A stretch of 64,000 nucleotides of DNA from Gemmatimonadota bacterium (GTDB lineage: Bacteria; Gemmatimonadota; Gemmatimonadetes; Palauibacterales; KS3-K002): positions 81,617-145,616 of the forward strand of contig JBDHJS010000016.1 of the NCBI GenBank assembly GCA_039586795.1. Direction: 5' to 3'. This document shows, piece after piece, positions 30,563-41,375 of the stretch. The position numbers were made by a program, and so were the translations under genes. The stretch's first letter is position 1. Each line of letters begins with the position of its first letter. The notes beneath the pieces were generated by a model. It worked only from the letters and a program-made list of their open reading frames with translations. It made no database searches and had not been told where the DNA came from.

Positions 30563-32029
30563 CTAACTCCCGCTGCGCAATTGCTCCTTTATCCTTGCCA
30601 ACATCGCCCGACCATTTGTGTTGTCTGGATTCAGCTCCAACGACTTTTCGTAGTAGACGATCGCCGCCTCCAATTGGCCCGCTCGCATGAACGCCTCTCC
30701 CAGCGAATCGTATGGATTCCACGCGTCCGGATACTCGTCTACATTCAGCTTGAAGATATCGATTGCCTCCCCGAACCTCTCCTCGCCAAGGAGATTATAG
30801 CCCAGACTGTTGAGGACGTATTCGTCGAACGCCTCGGCCGGCGACGACCTCTTCAGGTCGTAGTACTCTTCGATCGCCGCCTTCACACCCCTGGCCTCGA
30901 TCGTGCGCCACAGAGCGGCTCGCGTCAGCCGCGTTGGCGCGTTGTACTGCTCGTACCCCAGCCACTCGGCGGCGGGGTGCTCACCGCCGACCGTCGCGGC
31001 GAGCAGTCCCTCCAAAATCATCTGGCCATTCTCGCTATTGGTGAACCAGACCATGCCGACGCCGCGCTCTGGGTAGGCCAGTGTGTAGGCCTTGTAGCCC
31101 GTGTTGTCGCCCCAGTGCCAGAATCCCCGACCGTACTCGTTGTCCTGTAGCCCGATCCCCAGACCCCAGGTCAACCCCGTGTCGACCTCCACCTGCGGCG
31201 TCAGGTACGCGAGGGCGAGGGTGTCGGAGAGTAGTTCACCCTGCATCGCGGCATGGATGAATCGCGCGAAATCCGACGCCGTCGTGTGCAGCGAGGCCGC
31301 GGCATTGCCGCGCCCGGCGCGGGGCCGGTACTTCCGGCCTACGCTACCTTCGTCGTCATGGGGCATCGCCACTCGCTCCTCGAACCGGCTTTCCCAGATG
31401 TAGCCGCTCGACGTCATGCCCAGAGGCTCGAAGACACGTTGCGCCACCAGTTCTTGAAGCGTCTGATCGGTGATGTCCATCACCGCCATCTGCAGGTAGA
31501 CGAACCCTTCGCCTGAATAGCTGAACTCCGAGCCGGGATCGAAATTGATGGTGAGTTCGCCACCTCGGGGTCGCCAATTGGGAAAGCCCGGCGTGTGCGA
31601 GAGGATCATGCGGGGCGTGATGAGTCGGAAACGTTCGTCCTCGACGTAGTCGTAGTCCCAATACTCGACGATGGGGCGGTCGAGATCCAGCAAGCCCTCG
31701 TCAACCAGCTGGAGTACGGCGTAGGCAAAGACGGGCTTGCTGAGGGACGCTGCCTCGAACACCGAATTCTCGTCCACCGGCTCCCCGGTTTCCACGCTTC
31801 TGACGCCAAAGCCTTTGGCCCAAGCGATCCCGCTGTCATTCACGATCGCGATGGACAACCCGGTCACCGATCCGCTGTCCATCAAGGAGGGGATCACCGA
31901 ATCGAGTTCGGCTAACCGATCTTGCTGAGACAGAGTATCGACGCGGTCCGGTTGCGGCGTCTGCTGTGTGCACGCCAGCACGGAGGTGGAGAGGAGAATC
32001 GGAAGCGCATATCGAATACAGTTCATCAT
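30563..32029 (-). CDS. Serine hydrolase (beta-lactamase/PBP class C family) lipoprotein with C-terminal TPR
   Basis: SxxK (ASLSK), ILSHTPG, YSG, HWGDN, TPR tail NPYDSLGEA; lipobox VLAC; ATG 32029 with GGAG RBS. Confidence 0.88.
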   Translation of the reverse strand: MMNCIRYALPILLSTSVLACTQQTPQPDRVDTLSQQDRLAELDSVIPSLMDSGSVTGLSIAIVNDSGIAWAKGFGVRSVETGEPVDENSVFEAASLSKPVFAYAVLQLVDEGLLDLDRPIVEYWDYDYVEDERFRLITPRMILSHTPGFPNWRPRGGELTINFDPGSEFSYSGEGFVYLQMAVMDITDQTLQELVAQRVFEPLGMTSSGYIWESRFEERVAMPHDDEGSVGRKYRPRAGRGNAAASLHTTASDFARFIHAAMQGELLSDTLALAYLTPQVEVDTGLTWGLGIGLQDNEYGRGFWHWGDNTGYKAYTLAYPERGVGMVWFTNSENGQMILEGLLAATVGGEHPAAEWLGYEQYNAPTRLTRAALWRTIEARGVKAAIEEYYDLKRSSPAEAFDEYVLNSLGYNLLGEERFGEAIDIFKLNVDEYPDAWNPYDSLGEAFMRAGQLEAAIVYYEKSLELNPDNTNGRAMLARIKEQLRSGS

Positions 32030-32187
32030 GAAATAGCTCCAAGCAATTTGAGCGGTGGGGCTCATTCGTTTGGATGCGCGGCTTGGCGGAATCGTTGTAG
32101 GGTCGAGCGCTACCGCCTCACAACGTTTCCTCCGTATACTCCATCCTATCGGAAGTAGGCACCTGACGATAACAGCTGGGGGGGACC

Positions 32188-33411
32188 ATGCGCTTCGATT
32201 CCGTTGCGGTTGCGACTGTCGCAATCACTGTTGCTGTGCAAGCCGGGATCGCACAGGAGCTGCCTTTTGATTCGCTTCTCAGGGCTCATAGCCATGAGCT
32301 GACGATACAGGCTGGCCGCCTCGAAGGGCCCGGACACGACCTTCTCTTGGAAGGGGCTCGCGGCGCCCAATTCTTCACAATCGCGGAGGAGCACAATCTC
32401 CGGGAGCTGAACCAGCTGACCACGCTCCTCTTCTCGGAATTGCATGATCAGTTCGGCTTCCGGTACCTGGCGCTGGAAACGGGATCCGTCATCGCCTCCT
32501 GGCTGGGCGATGATAGCCGCAGGGGAGACCTGGCCGCCATCGCCGCCCTCGTGGGCAGGTACCCGGTCGCGCCGACGTTCGCCACCGATGAGGAACTGGA
32601 GTTGATCGCCGCGGTGGGAGCGATCTCGTCCGCTGCCACGAACCCGATCTGGGGCGTAGATCAGGAATTCGGCGCCCTTCACATCCTTGAACGCCTTGCC
32701 CAACTCGCGCCATCAGAGGAAGCCCAGGCGCGCTGCGAAGCACTGGCCGAACAGGCCAGGCCATATGATGAAGACCGTACGCACGATACGCACTACGTGT
32801 CGCAGGTTGCCACGCCGGCTGCGTACAGCGATCTGGAGGCGCTATTCCAGCCAACGCCGGGCAGCGAAACCGATTTGCTCATCCAGGCGCTCCAGAGGAC
32901 TCTGCGGATCTACCACAACTACTTCCTCTCGACGCAAGGTCAGCCGACTGCCTACGAGAACGGGCGTGAGCGGGAAGAGAGCATGAAGCTGCGATTCATG
33001 GAGTCGTACAACCGTGCACGGGTTGCGGGCGATAGCCTGCCGCGCGTGCTGGCGAAGCTAGGTCACTGGCACACACTCCGAGGATTCGCGCGGTCGAATG
33101 TCCTCACGCTTGGCAACTTTCTTTCGGAGTTTGCCATCGCCAATGGGATGCGAGATTTCATCGTCTCGACGTATGTGGTCGAGAGTCCGGAAGCCTGGCG
33201 GAATACACGAGGGCCGCTTGCGGCCGCGGCGGGGGAAGGTCAGTTCACGGTCGTCGATCTCCGGCCGCTCAGGCCCTATGCACATCAGGGGAAGATCGCC
33301 GATCTCAGCGATGGGTACCGAAGATTGATCTTCCGGGCGGACGCCGCGCTAATCGTCCGGGGCGGCCAGACGGGCAGCTACGACATCGCCCGCGGTGGTG
33401 GCGGTAGCTAG
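32188..33411 (+). CDS. Exported protein, erythromycin-esterase/TraB/Tiki-superfamily-like
   Basis: Signal peptide; AEEH, LALE, GVDQE, RE..M, KLGHWH motifs. Confidence 0.6.
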   Translation: MRFDSVAVATVAITVAVQAGIAQELPFDSLLRAHSHELTIQAGRLEGPGHDLLLEGARGAQFFTIAEEHNLRELNQLTTLLFSELHDQFGFRYLALETGSVIASWLGDDSRRGDLAAIAALVGRYPVAPTFATDEELELIAAVGAISSAATNPIWGVDQEFGALHILERLAQLAPSEEAQARCEALAEQARPYDEDRTHDTHYVSQVATPAAYSDLEALFQPTPGSETDLLIQALQRTLRIYHNYFLSTQGQPTAYENGREREESMKLRFMESYNRARVAGDSLPRVLAKLGHWHTLRGFARSNVLTLGNFLSEFAIANGMRDFIVSTYVVESPEAWRNTRGPLAAAAGEGQFTVVDLRPLRPYAHQGKIADLSDGYRRLIFRADAALIVRGGQTGSYDIARGGGGS

Positions 33412-33421
33412 ATGGGCTTAG

Positions 33422-34525
33422 CTAGCCGATCTCGACCCGAGCTTTGCCCAGAACATCCAGGCGCGGCGTGATGCCCAACCCGGCGTTCGTGGAAGCGCTC
33501 AAGCGCCCACCTTGCCGCTGCGGCGCGCCCTCGGCGATGCTCACTGTGACGTAGCTGTTGAAATCCGTGGCGGTGAACAGGAACTCCGGCGGCGTGCTGT
33601 GGGCCAGGTGGGCGATCGCCGCCGTGACGATGTCGCCGCCCCAGCTGTCCTCGATGGTCATGGCGATTCCCAGCTCGACGCACAGGTCACGCGCCTGTCG
33701 CGCCTTGGTAAGGCCGCCGAACTTGCTGATCTTGATGTTCACTACATCCATAGCCTGGTCAGCGTGCCCGCGGAGCAGGATCGGGATCCCGTCGATGTTC
33801 TCGTCCAGCACGAACGGGTGATCGGTTCTTCGGCGGATCGACAGACACTCCTCATAGGTAAGGCAGGGCTGCTCGATGTAGACATCGATGTCCCGGACGC
33901 CGCGCACGACTCGAACCGCCTCGTGTTTTAGCCATCCCGTATTCGCGTCCGCTACCAGTATGTCGCCGGGTTCCAGCACATCGCCCACAGCGCATATCCG
34001 CGCGATATCGGTTTCTACGTCGCTTCCCACCTTCAATTGGAAACGCCGATAACCCTCGGCGCGGTAGCCTGCCACGTTCTTCGCCATCGACTCTGGCTCA
34101 CCCTGCGATATCGCTCTGTAGAGCACAAAATCTTCACCGTAGCGCCCACCCAGCAGCTCGCAGACCGGAAGCCCGGAGACCTGGCCCAGGATATCCCAAC
34201 ACGCCATGTCGACGGCGGATTTCACGTAGGGGTGCCCCAGCAATGCTCGGTCCATCATCCGGTTCAAGCGTCCAAGCTGGGTCGGATCCTCGCCGATTAG
34301 GTGTGGCCCCAGCTCGGCGATACCGGCCCGGGCTCCCGCTGCGTAGGCCGGGAGATAAAACGGACCCAGCGGGCAGACCTCGCCGTGGCCGATCACGCCC
34401 TCGTCGGTCTCGACGCGGACGACCGTGCTGTCGAACACTTCTACCGATTTGCCGCCTGACCACTTGTAACTGCCCTCGTGCAGTGGGAGGTCGACCTGAT
34501 ACGCGGCGATCCGGGTGATCTTCAT
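33422..34525 (-). CDS. Enolase-superfamily (mandelate racemase/MLE) enzyme resembling cis-3-hydroxy-L-proline dehydratase
   Basis: [56 protein letters not shown]. Confidence 0.8.
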   Translation of the reverse strand: MKITRIAAYQVDLPLHEGSYKWSGGKSVEVFDSTVVRVETDEGVIGHGEVCPLGPFYLPAYAAGARAGIAELGPHLIGEDPTQLGRLNRMMDRALLGHPYVKSAVDMACWDILGQVSGLPVCELLGGRYGEDFVLYRAISQGEPESMAKNVAGYRAEGYRRFQLKVGSDVETDIARICAVGDVLEPGDILVADANTGWLKHEAVRVVRGVRDIDVYIEQPCLTYEECLSIRRRTDHPFVLDENIDGIPILLRGHADQAMDVVNIKISKFGGLTKARQARDLCVELGIAMTIEDSWGGDIVTAAIAHLAHSTPPEFLFTATDFNSYVTVSIAEGAPQRQGGRLSASTNAGLGITPRLDVLGKARVEIG

Positions 34526-34730
34526 TGGCACTCCCTTGTGGCTGGGCTACTCAACGGCTCGTCCATACGGGACGCTAAGATGCCGGGGCCACACAAGCTA
34601 GCCCGGGGCGAAGACGAATCTGGTCGCCAGCGGGAACAGCAGTTAGCTTGTTTCGCTTTAACACGGTAAAACGTACGGCAGCCGAGGCGGAGTCCGCCGC
34701 CCGAGCAGCCGGCATACGGGAGCCTATTGC

Positions 34731-35528
34731 ATGCGCAAGCTAGCCGCAGAGGGATGGCATCGGCCATCCATAGTGCCGATCGCCGCACTCGTGTCACTGG
34801 CCCTGGCGGGGTGCCGGTACGAGTCGGAGGAAGAAGTATCGACGCCACCGCCGCCACCGCCGATCGAAGAGTTGGCGCCTCCGGAGGAAGTACTGGGTCG
34901 CATGGTCGATTTCATGATGGCGCAGCGGGACTTCTCGTTCCAAGCGTTCGTCACGTACGAGGCGGTTCAGGACGACGGCCAAATAATCCACTTCGATATG
35001 GTCCAGATCGGGAAGGTGAGCCGGCCGGACCGCATGTTCTGGGCGGTCCTCTACGATGATGCCAGCGTCGATAGCGCGTGGTTCGCCGACGGGATTCTGT
35101 CGGTCGTCAAACGCCCGGACGATCTCTACACTCAGCTTGACACGCCGGACAATCTCGCCGGTATGGTCGACTTTGCGGACGACTTCGCACTCGTGGTGCC
35201 GTTCGCCGACATCCTGCGTGGTAACGCAAAGGAACTCTTTCTGTCAGAATCAGAATCGTCGATCAACGTCGGACAGGCCTGGGTCGATGGTGTTTGGACG
35301 GATCACATCGCCGTCCGTAAGGCGGACGTCGATATCGAGGTCTGGGTTCGCAGCGAAGGCGACCCGGTGCCTGTAAAGCTGGCGATCATCTACAAGCTGG
35401 AGGAAGGTGCGCCTAGTTTCCTGGGTCGCATGCGTGGCTGGGACTTCACGCCGAACTTCGACGAATCGACCTTCACGTTCGCTGTACCACAGGATGCCGA
35501 TCCAGTCGAGGTCGCCCCGGTCCACTGA
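34731..35528 (+). CDS. DUF2092 family lipoprotein
   Basis: Lipobox LAGC; VSRPDR, PFADIL, DIEVWVRSEGDPVP, WDFTP..DESTFTF. Confidence 0.75.
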   Translation: MRKLAAEGWHRPSIVPIAALVSLALAGCRYESEEEVSTPPPPPPIEELAPPEEVLGRMVDFMMAQRDFSFQAFVTYEAVQDDGQIIHFDMVQIGKVSRPDRMFWAVLYDDASVDSAWFADGILSVVKRPDDLYTQLDTPDNLAGMVDFADDFALVVPFADILRGNAKELFLSESESSINVGQAWVDGVWTDHIAVRKADVDIEVWVRSEGDPVPVKLAIIYKLEEGAPSFLGRMRGWDFTPNFDESTFTFAVPQDADPVEVAPVH

Positions 35529-35570
35529 CGCGGGAATGGCCGTGAATAGACCGTATAACGGAGGTTCTAG

Positions 35571-36743
35571 ATGAAGGCCGTCAGCCGTTCAATCGTGTAC
35601 GTGCTGCTCGTCGCGCAGGTCGGGATGATCGTGCTGCCGACCGTGGCCCATGCTCAGCGCCGGGGTGGCGGGGGCAGCAAGGGTAGAACTTCAAGCGTCA
35701 ACCGCAGCAGCCCCGCGCGTTCGGGCTCGGCGCATACTCGGAATCGGAGCAGTGCGAGTCGCAGCAGCGCCAGCCGCAGCAGCGCCCATCGCACCAGCGC
35801 GAGCCGCGGCACGCGCACGACCAGGGCCCGACGAAACACGCCACGACGTACGACTCGGCGACGCTCCACTCGCCGGACACGCCACGCCTATCGCGCTGGC
35901 TTTCGGCGCGGTTACCGGCACGGTCGCTGGTGGCATCATCGCTACTGGCATCACCGTCGCTGGTACTGGGGTTGGTGGGTCGGTGCGCTGTTTGTCACCG
36001 CGGCCGCCTTCACGGTGATCGTCAGCAGTTCCAGCAGCTCCCAAGAAGCGCAGGCATCGGGTACCACGTACTACTACATCGATGGAAAGTGGTACAAGCA
36101 GACCGTCCATGACGGCCAGTCCGGCTACATCGAGTGCGTCGGTCCTCCTGGCTTCGAAGTGGAGAGCATCCCCGAGGACGCGGCCGTCGTCGTCTACGAA
36201 GACCAGACGTATTACAGCGCCAACGGCACGTTCTACGTCAAGCAGCAGAAGGACGGCAAGGAAGTCTACGTCGTCGTCGATGCGCCCCCCGGCGCCGTCG
36301 TCCCGGCTATTCCGGAGGAGGCGGTAGCCCACGATGAGGGCGACGAAGATCTGTACCAGTACGACGAGACCTTCTACAAAGAGAATGAAGAAGACGAGGG
36401 CTATGTCGTTCAGCCGCCACCTCCCCAGGAAGAGGTGTCAGAGATCCCCGATGACGCCACGTCCTTCGTCGCCGACGGCGAGACGTTCTACTACTATGAG
36501 AACGCGTTGTACGTCCAGTACGAGGAGGAAGACGGCACGACGGGCTACGTGAACGCGGAGCCCGATCTAGATGCGGAAGTCGACCAGCTGCCCGAAGGCG
36601 CCACCATCATCAACGAGGATGGCGTGACCTACTACCAATTCGATACTGTCTTCTTCGAAGAGGTCTACGATGAAGAGGGCGCACGCTACTATGTGGTGAT
36701 CGCACCGCCGGATGGATCAGAGGTTGTAGAACTGGAGGAGTGA
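35571..36743 (+). CDS. Exported protein with a basic low-complexity N-terminus and DUF6515-like repeats
   Basis: Signal peptide (AHA); RSSAS-type 15-nt repeats at 35745-35804; several YYY..G..Y...YVVV.PP.G..V..(I/L)P repeats. Confidence 0.75.
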   Translation: MKAVSRSIVYVLLVAQVGMIVLPTVAHAQRRGGGGSKGRTSSVNRSSPARSGSAHTRNRSSASRSSASRSSAHRTSASRGTRTTRARRNTPRRTTRRRSTRRTRHAYRAGFRRGYRHGRWWHHRYWHHRRWYWGWWVGALFVTAAAFTVIVSSSSSSQEAQASGTTYYYIDGKWYKQTVHDGQSGYIECVGPPGFEVESIPEDAAVVVYEDQTYYSANGTFYVKQQKDGKEVYVVVDAPPGAVVPAIPEEAVAHDEGDEDLYQYDETFYKENEEDEGYVVQPPPPQEEVSEIPDDATSFVADGETFYYYENALYVQYEEEDGTTGYVNAEPDLDAEVDQLPEGATIINEDGVTYYQFDTVFFEEVYDEEGARYYVVIAPPDGSEVVELEE

Positions 36744-36770
36744 AGCCGGCCCTCACAGCGTTGAAGATCA

Positions 36771-36802
36771 AAGGCCCGGTAGCCTGATCGGCTCCGGGCC
36801 TT
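36771..36802. terminator. Hairpin between convergent genes
   Basis: AAGGCCCGG(T)AGCC-TGATC-GGCTCCGGGCCTT. Confidence 0.55.
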
Positions 36803-36806
36803 GCCT

Positions 36807-37295
36807 CTACTCGTCGGGATTCGGCAGCGGGACTGCCGATGTCTCCTTCGACGTCGTCAGCACGATCGAAGAGTTCGTCCGCACGACCCCCGGGACCAGG
36901 CGCAGCCCGCCGTTGAGCACCCGCTCCAGGTCCTTACTGTCCTTGCACCTCACCTTGAGCAGGTAATCATGAGCGCCGGCGACGACGTGGCACTCCTGAA
37001 CCTCGACCGCCGCCCGGGCCCACCGTAGAAGGTCGTCCTGGTGCATCGGACCCGATATGCTGACAGATACGAAGGCGAGCAGGCCGTAACCCACCGACTC
37101 CGGACTCACCTGCGCCGTGAAACCCTGCAGTACGCCGACCCTTTCGAGCTTTCGTACCCGTTCGGTAACCGACGGCCCGGACAACCCAACTTCCGAGGCG
37201 AGCTGAGCCCAGGTTATTCTGCCGTCCGCCATCAAGCGGGCGAGCAGTTTGAGATCCAAGTCATCCAAGTCAATTTTCCGTGGTAAATTAGTCAT
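36807..37295 (-). CDS. Lrp/AsnC family transcriptional regulator
   Basis: LDDLDLKLL..L..DGR...LA.EVGLS...V.ERVRKLE; QECHVVAG.HDYLLKV; ATG 37295 with GGAG RBS. Confidence 0.92.
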   Translation of the reverse strand: MTNLPRKIDLDDLDLKLLARLMADGRITWAQLASEVGLSGPSVTERVRKLERVGVLQGFTAQVSPESVGYGLLAFVSVSISGPMHQDDLLRWARAAVEVQECHVVAGAHDYLLKVRCKDSKDLERVLNGGLRLVPGVVRTNSSIVLTTSKETSAVPLPNPDE

Positions 37296-37482
37296 ACTCC
37301 AATATATTCCTTGTTGTTGTAAGTCGCAAGCGATGTCACCAGTATCAGTGGCGGGACGGACCATCCCAATACGCTCATCGCTCAAGAACCTACGCGCTTC
37401 TTCAGAGCGACCAGTCGAGTCGATCCGCTGAGTCTCTTGCGAGAGTAGCTGCCAGGACTCTGTGGGGATGTGCTGTCCGTCG

Positions 37483-37975
37483 CTAGCCGCTTGCCTCTCT
37501 TGGCAACGGCACGGCGCACGTCTCCTTGGACGTTAGCATTGCGATTGTCGATTTGGTCCGAGCCACACCGGCTATGGAACGGACTTCCTCCCTCAGGATC
37601 CGCTCTAGGTCCTTTGAATCCTTGCAACGGATTCTCAACAGGTAGTCGTAGTCGCCGGCCACAATGTGGTACTCCTGGATTTTCCGGTGTAGCCGCCGCA
37701 CGGCGTCGCATCTCCGGATGGTGATTCGGATCGGTCAGCCCCACCGCCACGAAAGCCAGCAGACCGTACCCCACCACCTCCGCGTAGACTTGCGCGCTGT
37801 AACCGTCGATCACTCCAAGGCGCTCGAGCTTGCGCACGCGCTCCGTGACCGAGGGTGCTGAAAGCCTGACTTGGGTGGCCAGCTGCGCCCAGGTGATCCT
37901 GCCATCCTCCATGAGGCGGGTGAGGATCTTGCGATCCAAGTTGTCTAGTCTAACATTCTGCTCGGTCGTAGCCAT
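37483..37975 (-). pseudogene. Second Lrp/AsnC regulator with a +1 frameshift (pseudogene or sequencing error)
   Basis: The HTH half is in ORF 37382..37975 and the RAM half (IQEYHIVAGDYDYLLRIRCKDSKDLERIL) in ORF 37483..37701; extra base in the T4 run at 37680-37683; span 493 = 3n+1. Confidence 0.85.
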
Positions 37976-38250
37976 GAAATGCGATCACCTTTAGAATCAT
38001 AAGTAGTGAACGAGAAAGCCCCACAATGGCTGTCCCTCACCATCGGAATCATAGTCTCGTTCTTCTCGAGTGGCGTGGCGCCTCGTTGGAGCCGGGTGAG
38101 ATCTTTGGAGAAGTGCCGCTCACCGCGACAGGCGGTTTCTCCGATTGGATTCCAACTCTTGGACGCTGTGGGGTGATCCAACCGGAGTAGCGGAGTACTG
38201 AACAGGCATCGGTTCTTCTTGGGATCGTCGGAAGACTGAGGATACAGAAC

Positions 38251-40680
38251 ATGAAGAGTCTTTGGCAGGATATACGTCTGAGCATCCGAATGCTGCGTCG
38301 CAATCCCGGGTTCACGTTGGTGGCGGTCGTGACGCTCGCCCTCGGGATCGGCGCGACCAGCGCCATCTTCTCCGTGGTGAATGGGGTGTTACTCAGGCCG
38401 TTCCCGTACAGCAATCCAGGTCGCCTGGTCGTTGTATGGGAAAGCAACGTGACCCGAGGCCTGCCCTACATGTTCGCATCACCGCCGAACTACGCGGATT
38501 GGCGCAGCCAGAACGATGTGTTCGAGGAGATGGGCGCCTTCGGACGTGGCCGGTTTCTGATCGACCAAGAAACAGAGTCGAATGTCGTCCGCGGTGCTCG
38601 AGTGACGGCTGGCACGTTTTCGATGTTAGGCGCCGCTCCGCTGTTGGGTCGACATTTCACCCCGGAGGACGATCGGGTCGGGAGCGCACCCGTGGTTTTG
38701 CTCAGCTATGGCGCTTGGCAGAACCGCTTCGGCGGCGATCCTCAACTGATTGGACGGTCGATCAGAGTTAATGCTGAGGACTACACCGTGGTCGGCGTGA
38801 TGCCGCCCGGGTTCGAGTTTCCGCCGCCAATCTCGTTGGAGGGAGCGATCCCCACGGAGCAGACCGAGCTGTGGGTGCCGTTTGCCATGGACATGGAGAA
38901 TGGCAATCGGAGCGCGCACTTCATGACGGTCATCGCGCGATTGAAACGGGGTGTCGAGTTGCCGGCGGCGCAAACAGAGATGAACACCGTCGCCTCCCGG
39001 CTTCGACAGGAGTATCCATCGAGCAATGCCGGGTGGGATATCACCTTGACGTCATTGGACAGGCAGGTACTGGGAGATGTAAGCCTGCAGCTCATGATCC
39101 TCATGGGCGCCGTCGCCTTGGTGTTGCTCATCGCTTGCGTCAACGTCGCGAATCTCTTGCTGGCAAGAGGAACAGGGCGACTCAAGGAATTCGCACTGCG
39201 TGCTTCGCTCGGCGCAGGCCGTGGTCGATTGATCAGGCAGCTGCTCACCGAAAGCCTGGCGCTGTCGATTCTCGGAGGTATTGCCGGCCTGGTGATCGCG
39301 GTTTGGGGGTCGGGCGTTTTGGTCGGATTGGCGCCGCGCGACATACCACGGCTGGGGGAAGTCGGCCTGGACGTCCGGGTGCTGGGGTTCACGCTGATCG
39401 TGACGATCCTCACCGGCGTGCTGTTCGGGCTGGCACCGGCGTTCCAAGGGATCACCGAAAACCTCAGCGGACGATTGCGAGAAGCCGGGCGCGGTCAATC
39501 CGAGGGCCGCGGTCACTCGCGCCTCCGTTCGTCTCTCGTGGTGGCGGAAGTCGGCCTCTCTCTGGTGCTGTTGGTCGGCGCGGGTCTGCTGATTAGAAGC
39601 TTCGTCAACTTGCGTGGTGCGGACACTGGGTTCGAGGCGACGAACCGAGTGACCATGCGTATAACCTTGCCGGGTTCGCGATACGAGGAAGATCCGCAGC
39701 GAGTAGCGGCGTACAGCGAGCTTGAGCGAAGGCTGAACGAAGCCCAGGGAATAAGCGCGGCCGGTTTCATCAACAGCATCCCATTGGCCGTGGACCGCGG
39801 TGGTACTTCGTTCATCAAAGAAGGTGAGACGGAGGTTCCCGAAGGTGAGAATCGCTCGGTCAACTTTGCTACTGTAACTCCGAACTACTTCCAGGCGATG
39901 GGGGTGCGACTGATCAGTGGACGCGGTTTCACGGACCGTGATGGCCCCGAGGGCGAGGGCGCCGTCATAGTCAACGATGCGTTTGTCAGTCGGCACTTTC
40001 CTGGTGAAGACGTGATCGGCCGGCGTCTGGGTCTTCATGGCCAGCCGTTCACAATCGTGGGTGTGGTCGGTGGCGTTCGCCACAACACGATCCGAGATGA
40101 CCCCAATCCCAGCGTTTATGTCCCCTATGCGCAGGTCACGATGTCGCGAAGCTTGTACCTGGTTGTTCGCAGCGAGACCGCTGCCGGCCTCGACATCGCG
40201 AGAGGCGTCGTCCGCCAATTCGACTCGACTTTGCCGATCTACGACGTGAAATCGATGGATCAGATCCTCGGCGAGTCACTAGCTCGAATGCGCTTTTCGA
40301 CGACTCTGATGCTTGTCTTTGCTTTCGTGGCGCTGATTCTCGCTGCCGTCGGCATCTATGGAGTTATCGCGTACTCCGTGAGTCGGCGGACTCAAGAGAT
40401 CGGAGTCCGCGTCGCTATCGGCGCCAGCACGGCCGACGTGATCCGGCTCGTGTTGGGGCAGGGGCTACGCCTCGTCGCCATAGGGGTCCTGGTCGGCGCT
40501 GCGGCCTCGCTCTTGCTTTCCCGGTTCCTGAGTAGCCTCTTGTACGGGATCGATTCCACCGACGCTCTGACGTTGGTCGGCGTCGCGCTGATACTGGTAA
40601 TCGTAGCCGTACTGGCCTGCTACCTGCCAGCGCGACGTGCTACAAAAGTCGAACCCGTAGAGGCTCTCAGGTCCGAGTGA
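38251..40680 (+). CDS. Duplicated MacB/FtsX-type ABC permease (ADOP-like orphan permease)
   Basis: QDIRLSIRMLRRNPGF..VAVVTLALGIGA, LLIACVNVANLLLA, RRTQEIGVR.AIGA, PARRATKVEPVEALRSE. Confidence 0.92.
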   Translation: MKSLWQDIRLSIRMLRRNPGFTLVAVVTLALGIGATSAIFSVVNGVLLRPFPYSNPGRLVVVWESNVTRGLPYMFASPPNYADWRSQNDVFEEMGAFGRGRFLIDQETESNVVRGARVTAGTFSMLGAAPLLGRHFTPEDDRVGSAPVVLLSYGAWQNRFGGDPQLIGRSIRVNAEDYTVVGVMPPGFEFPPPISLEGAIPTEQTELWVPFAMDMENGNRSAHFMTVIARLKRGVELPAAQTEMNTVASRLRQEYPSSNAGWDITLTSLDRQVLGDVSLQLMILMGAVALVLLIACVNVANLLLARGTGRLKEFALRASLGAGRGRLIRQLLTESLALSILGGIAGLVIAVWGSGVLVGLAPRDIPRLGEVGLDVRVLGFTLIVTILTGVLFGLAPAFQGITENLSGRLREAGRGQSEGRGHSRLRSSLVVAEVGLSLVLLVGAGLLIRSFVNLRGADTGFEATNRVTMRITLPGSRYEEDPQRVAAYSELERRLNEAQGISAAGFINSIPLAVDRGGTSFIKEGETEVPEGENRSVNFATVTPNYFQAMGVRLISGRGFTDRDGPEGEGAVIVNDAFVSRHFPGEDVIGRRLGLHGQPFTIVGVVGGVRHNTIRDDPNPSVYVPYAQVTMSRSLYLVVRSETAAGLDIARGVVRQFDSTLPIYDVKSMDQILGESLARMRFSTTLMLVFAFVALILAAVGIYGVIAYSVSRRTQEIGVRVAIGASTADVIRLVLGQGLRLVAIGVLVGAAASLLLSRFLSSLLYGIDSTDALTLVGVALILVIVAVLACYLPARRATKVEPVEALRSE

Positions 40681-41375
40681 AGATATCGGTACTCAAGAAC
40701 CCCAGACTCGTTCTCGCGATCACGTTGGTTGTGATAGCGGCGGTTTTGCTCGTGCTGTCCGTGCAGATGGAAGAGGGAGGCCGGGCGTCCGATCTAATGA
40801 TGGGCTTCGCCACGGAGGTGTTCGGGATCCTGGTGGTGCTCGCCGTCGTGGATTGGATGCTCGAGCGGCGGCGTCGCCAGGAGCGAGCCCGGGATCTGGC
40901 TTGGGCCGTCCTCCACTCACTCGAGCGGGCTGTGTGGGTCTGGCAGGGCGGCCCCCGTCGCACCACGAGTGATGAGCTGCTCGGGATTATCCGAGGTATT
41001 GAAACGAAAGACGAGCTTCTACCTTTCACGCGTTCGCTCCTCGCTGCGGTAGGGGCGCGGAGCGTCGACGTGCTGGACCGGGAAGCGTCCTCTGTGCGCA
41101 CAATCCCCGGATTCGCTGCGGCGCTGCAAGAGCTCTCGAGCATCCACTCCCTGTCGAACGAGAAGGCGCCGGTCTCGGTCAGCTTGGTCCGAGAAGTGTT
41201 GTGGACTGCGACTCAAGGATTGGCCCGCGTCCTCACCCTCCCCAGCCAGGCGATGCTCTCCGCGCTGATCCGCTATCGAGATGCAAGCCCCACTGCGCAG
41301 CAGGAGCGCTATGAGCGTCTTCGCTTAGGTCTTGCGGAGGCCGGTGGCCATGGAGACGTGATGGCGTCGTGGTAG
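40677..41375 (+). CDS. Hypothetical membrane protein
   Basis: Two N-terminal TM helices; GTGA overlap with the permease stop. Confidence 0.7.
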   Translation: MKISVLKNPRLVLAITLVVIAAVLLVLSVQMEEGGRASDLMMGFATEVFGILVVLAVVDWMLERRRRQERARDLAWAVLHSLERAVWVWQGGPRRTTSDELLGIIRGIETKDELLPFTRSLLAAVGARSVDVLDREASSVRTIPGFAAALQELSSIHSLSNEKAPVSVSLVREVLWTATQGLARVLTLPSQAMLSALIRYRDASPTAQQERYERLRLGLAEAGGHGDVMASW

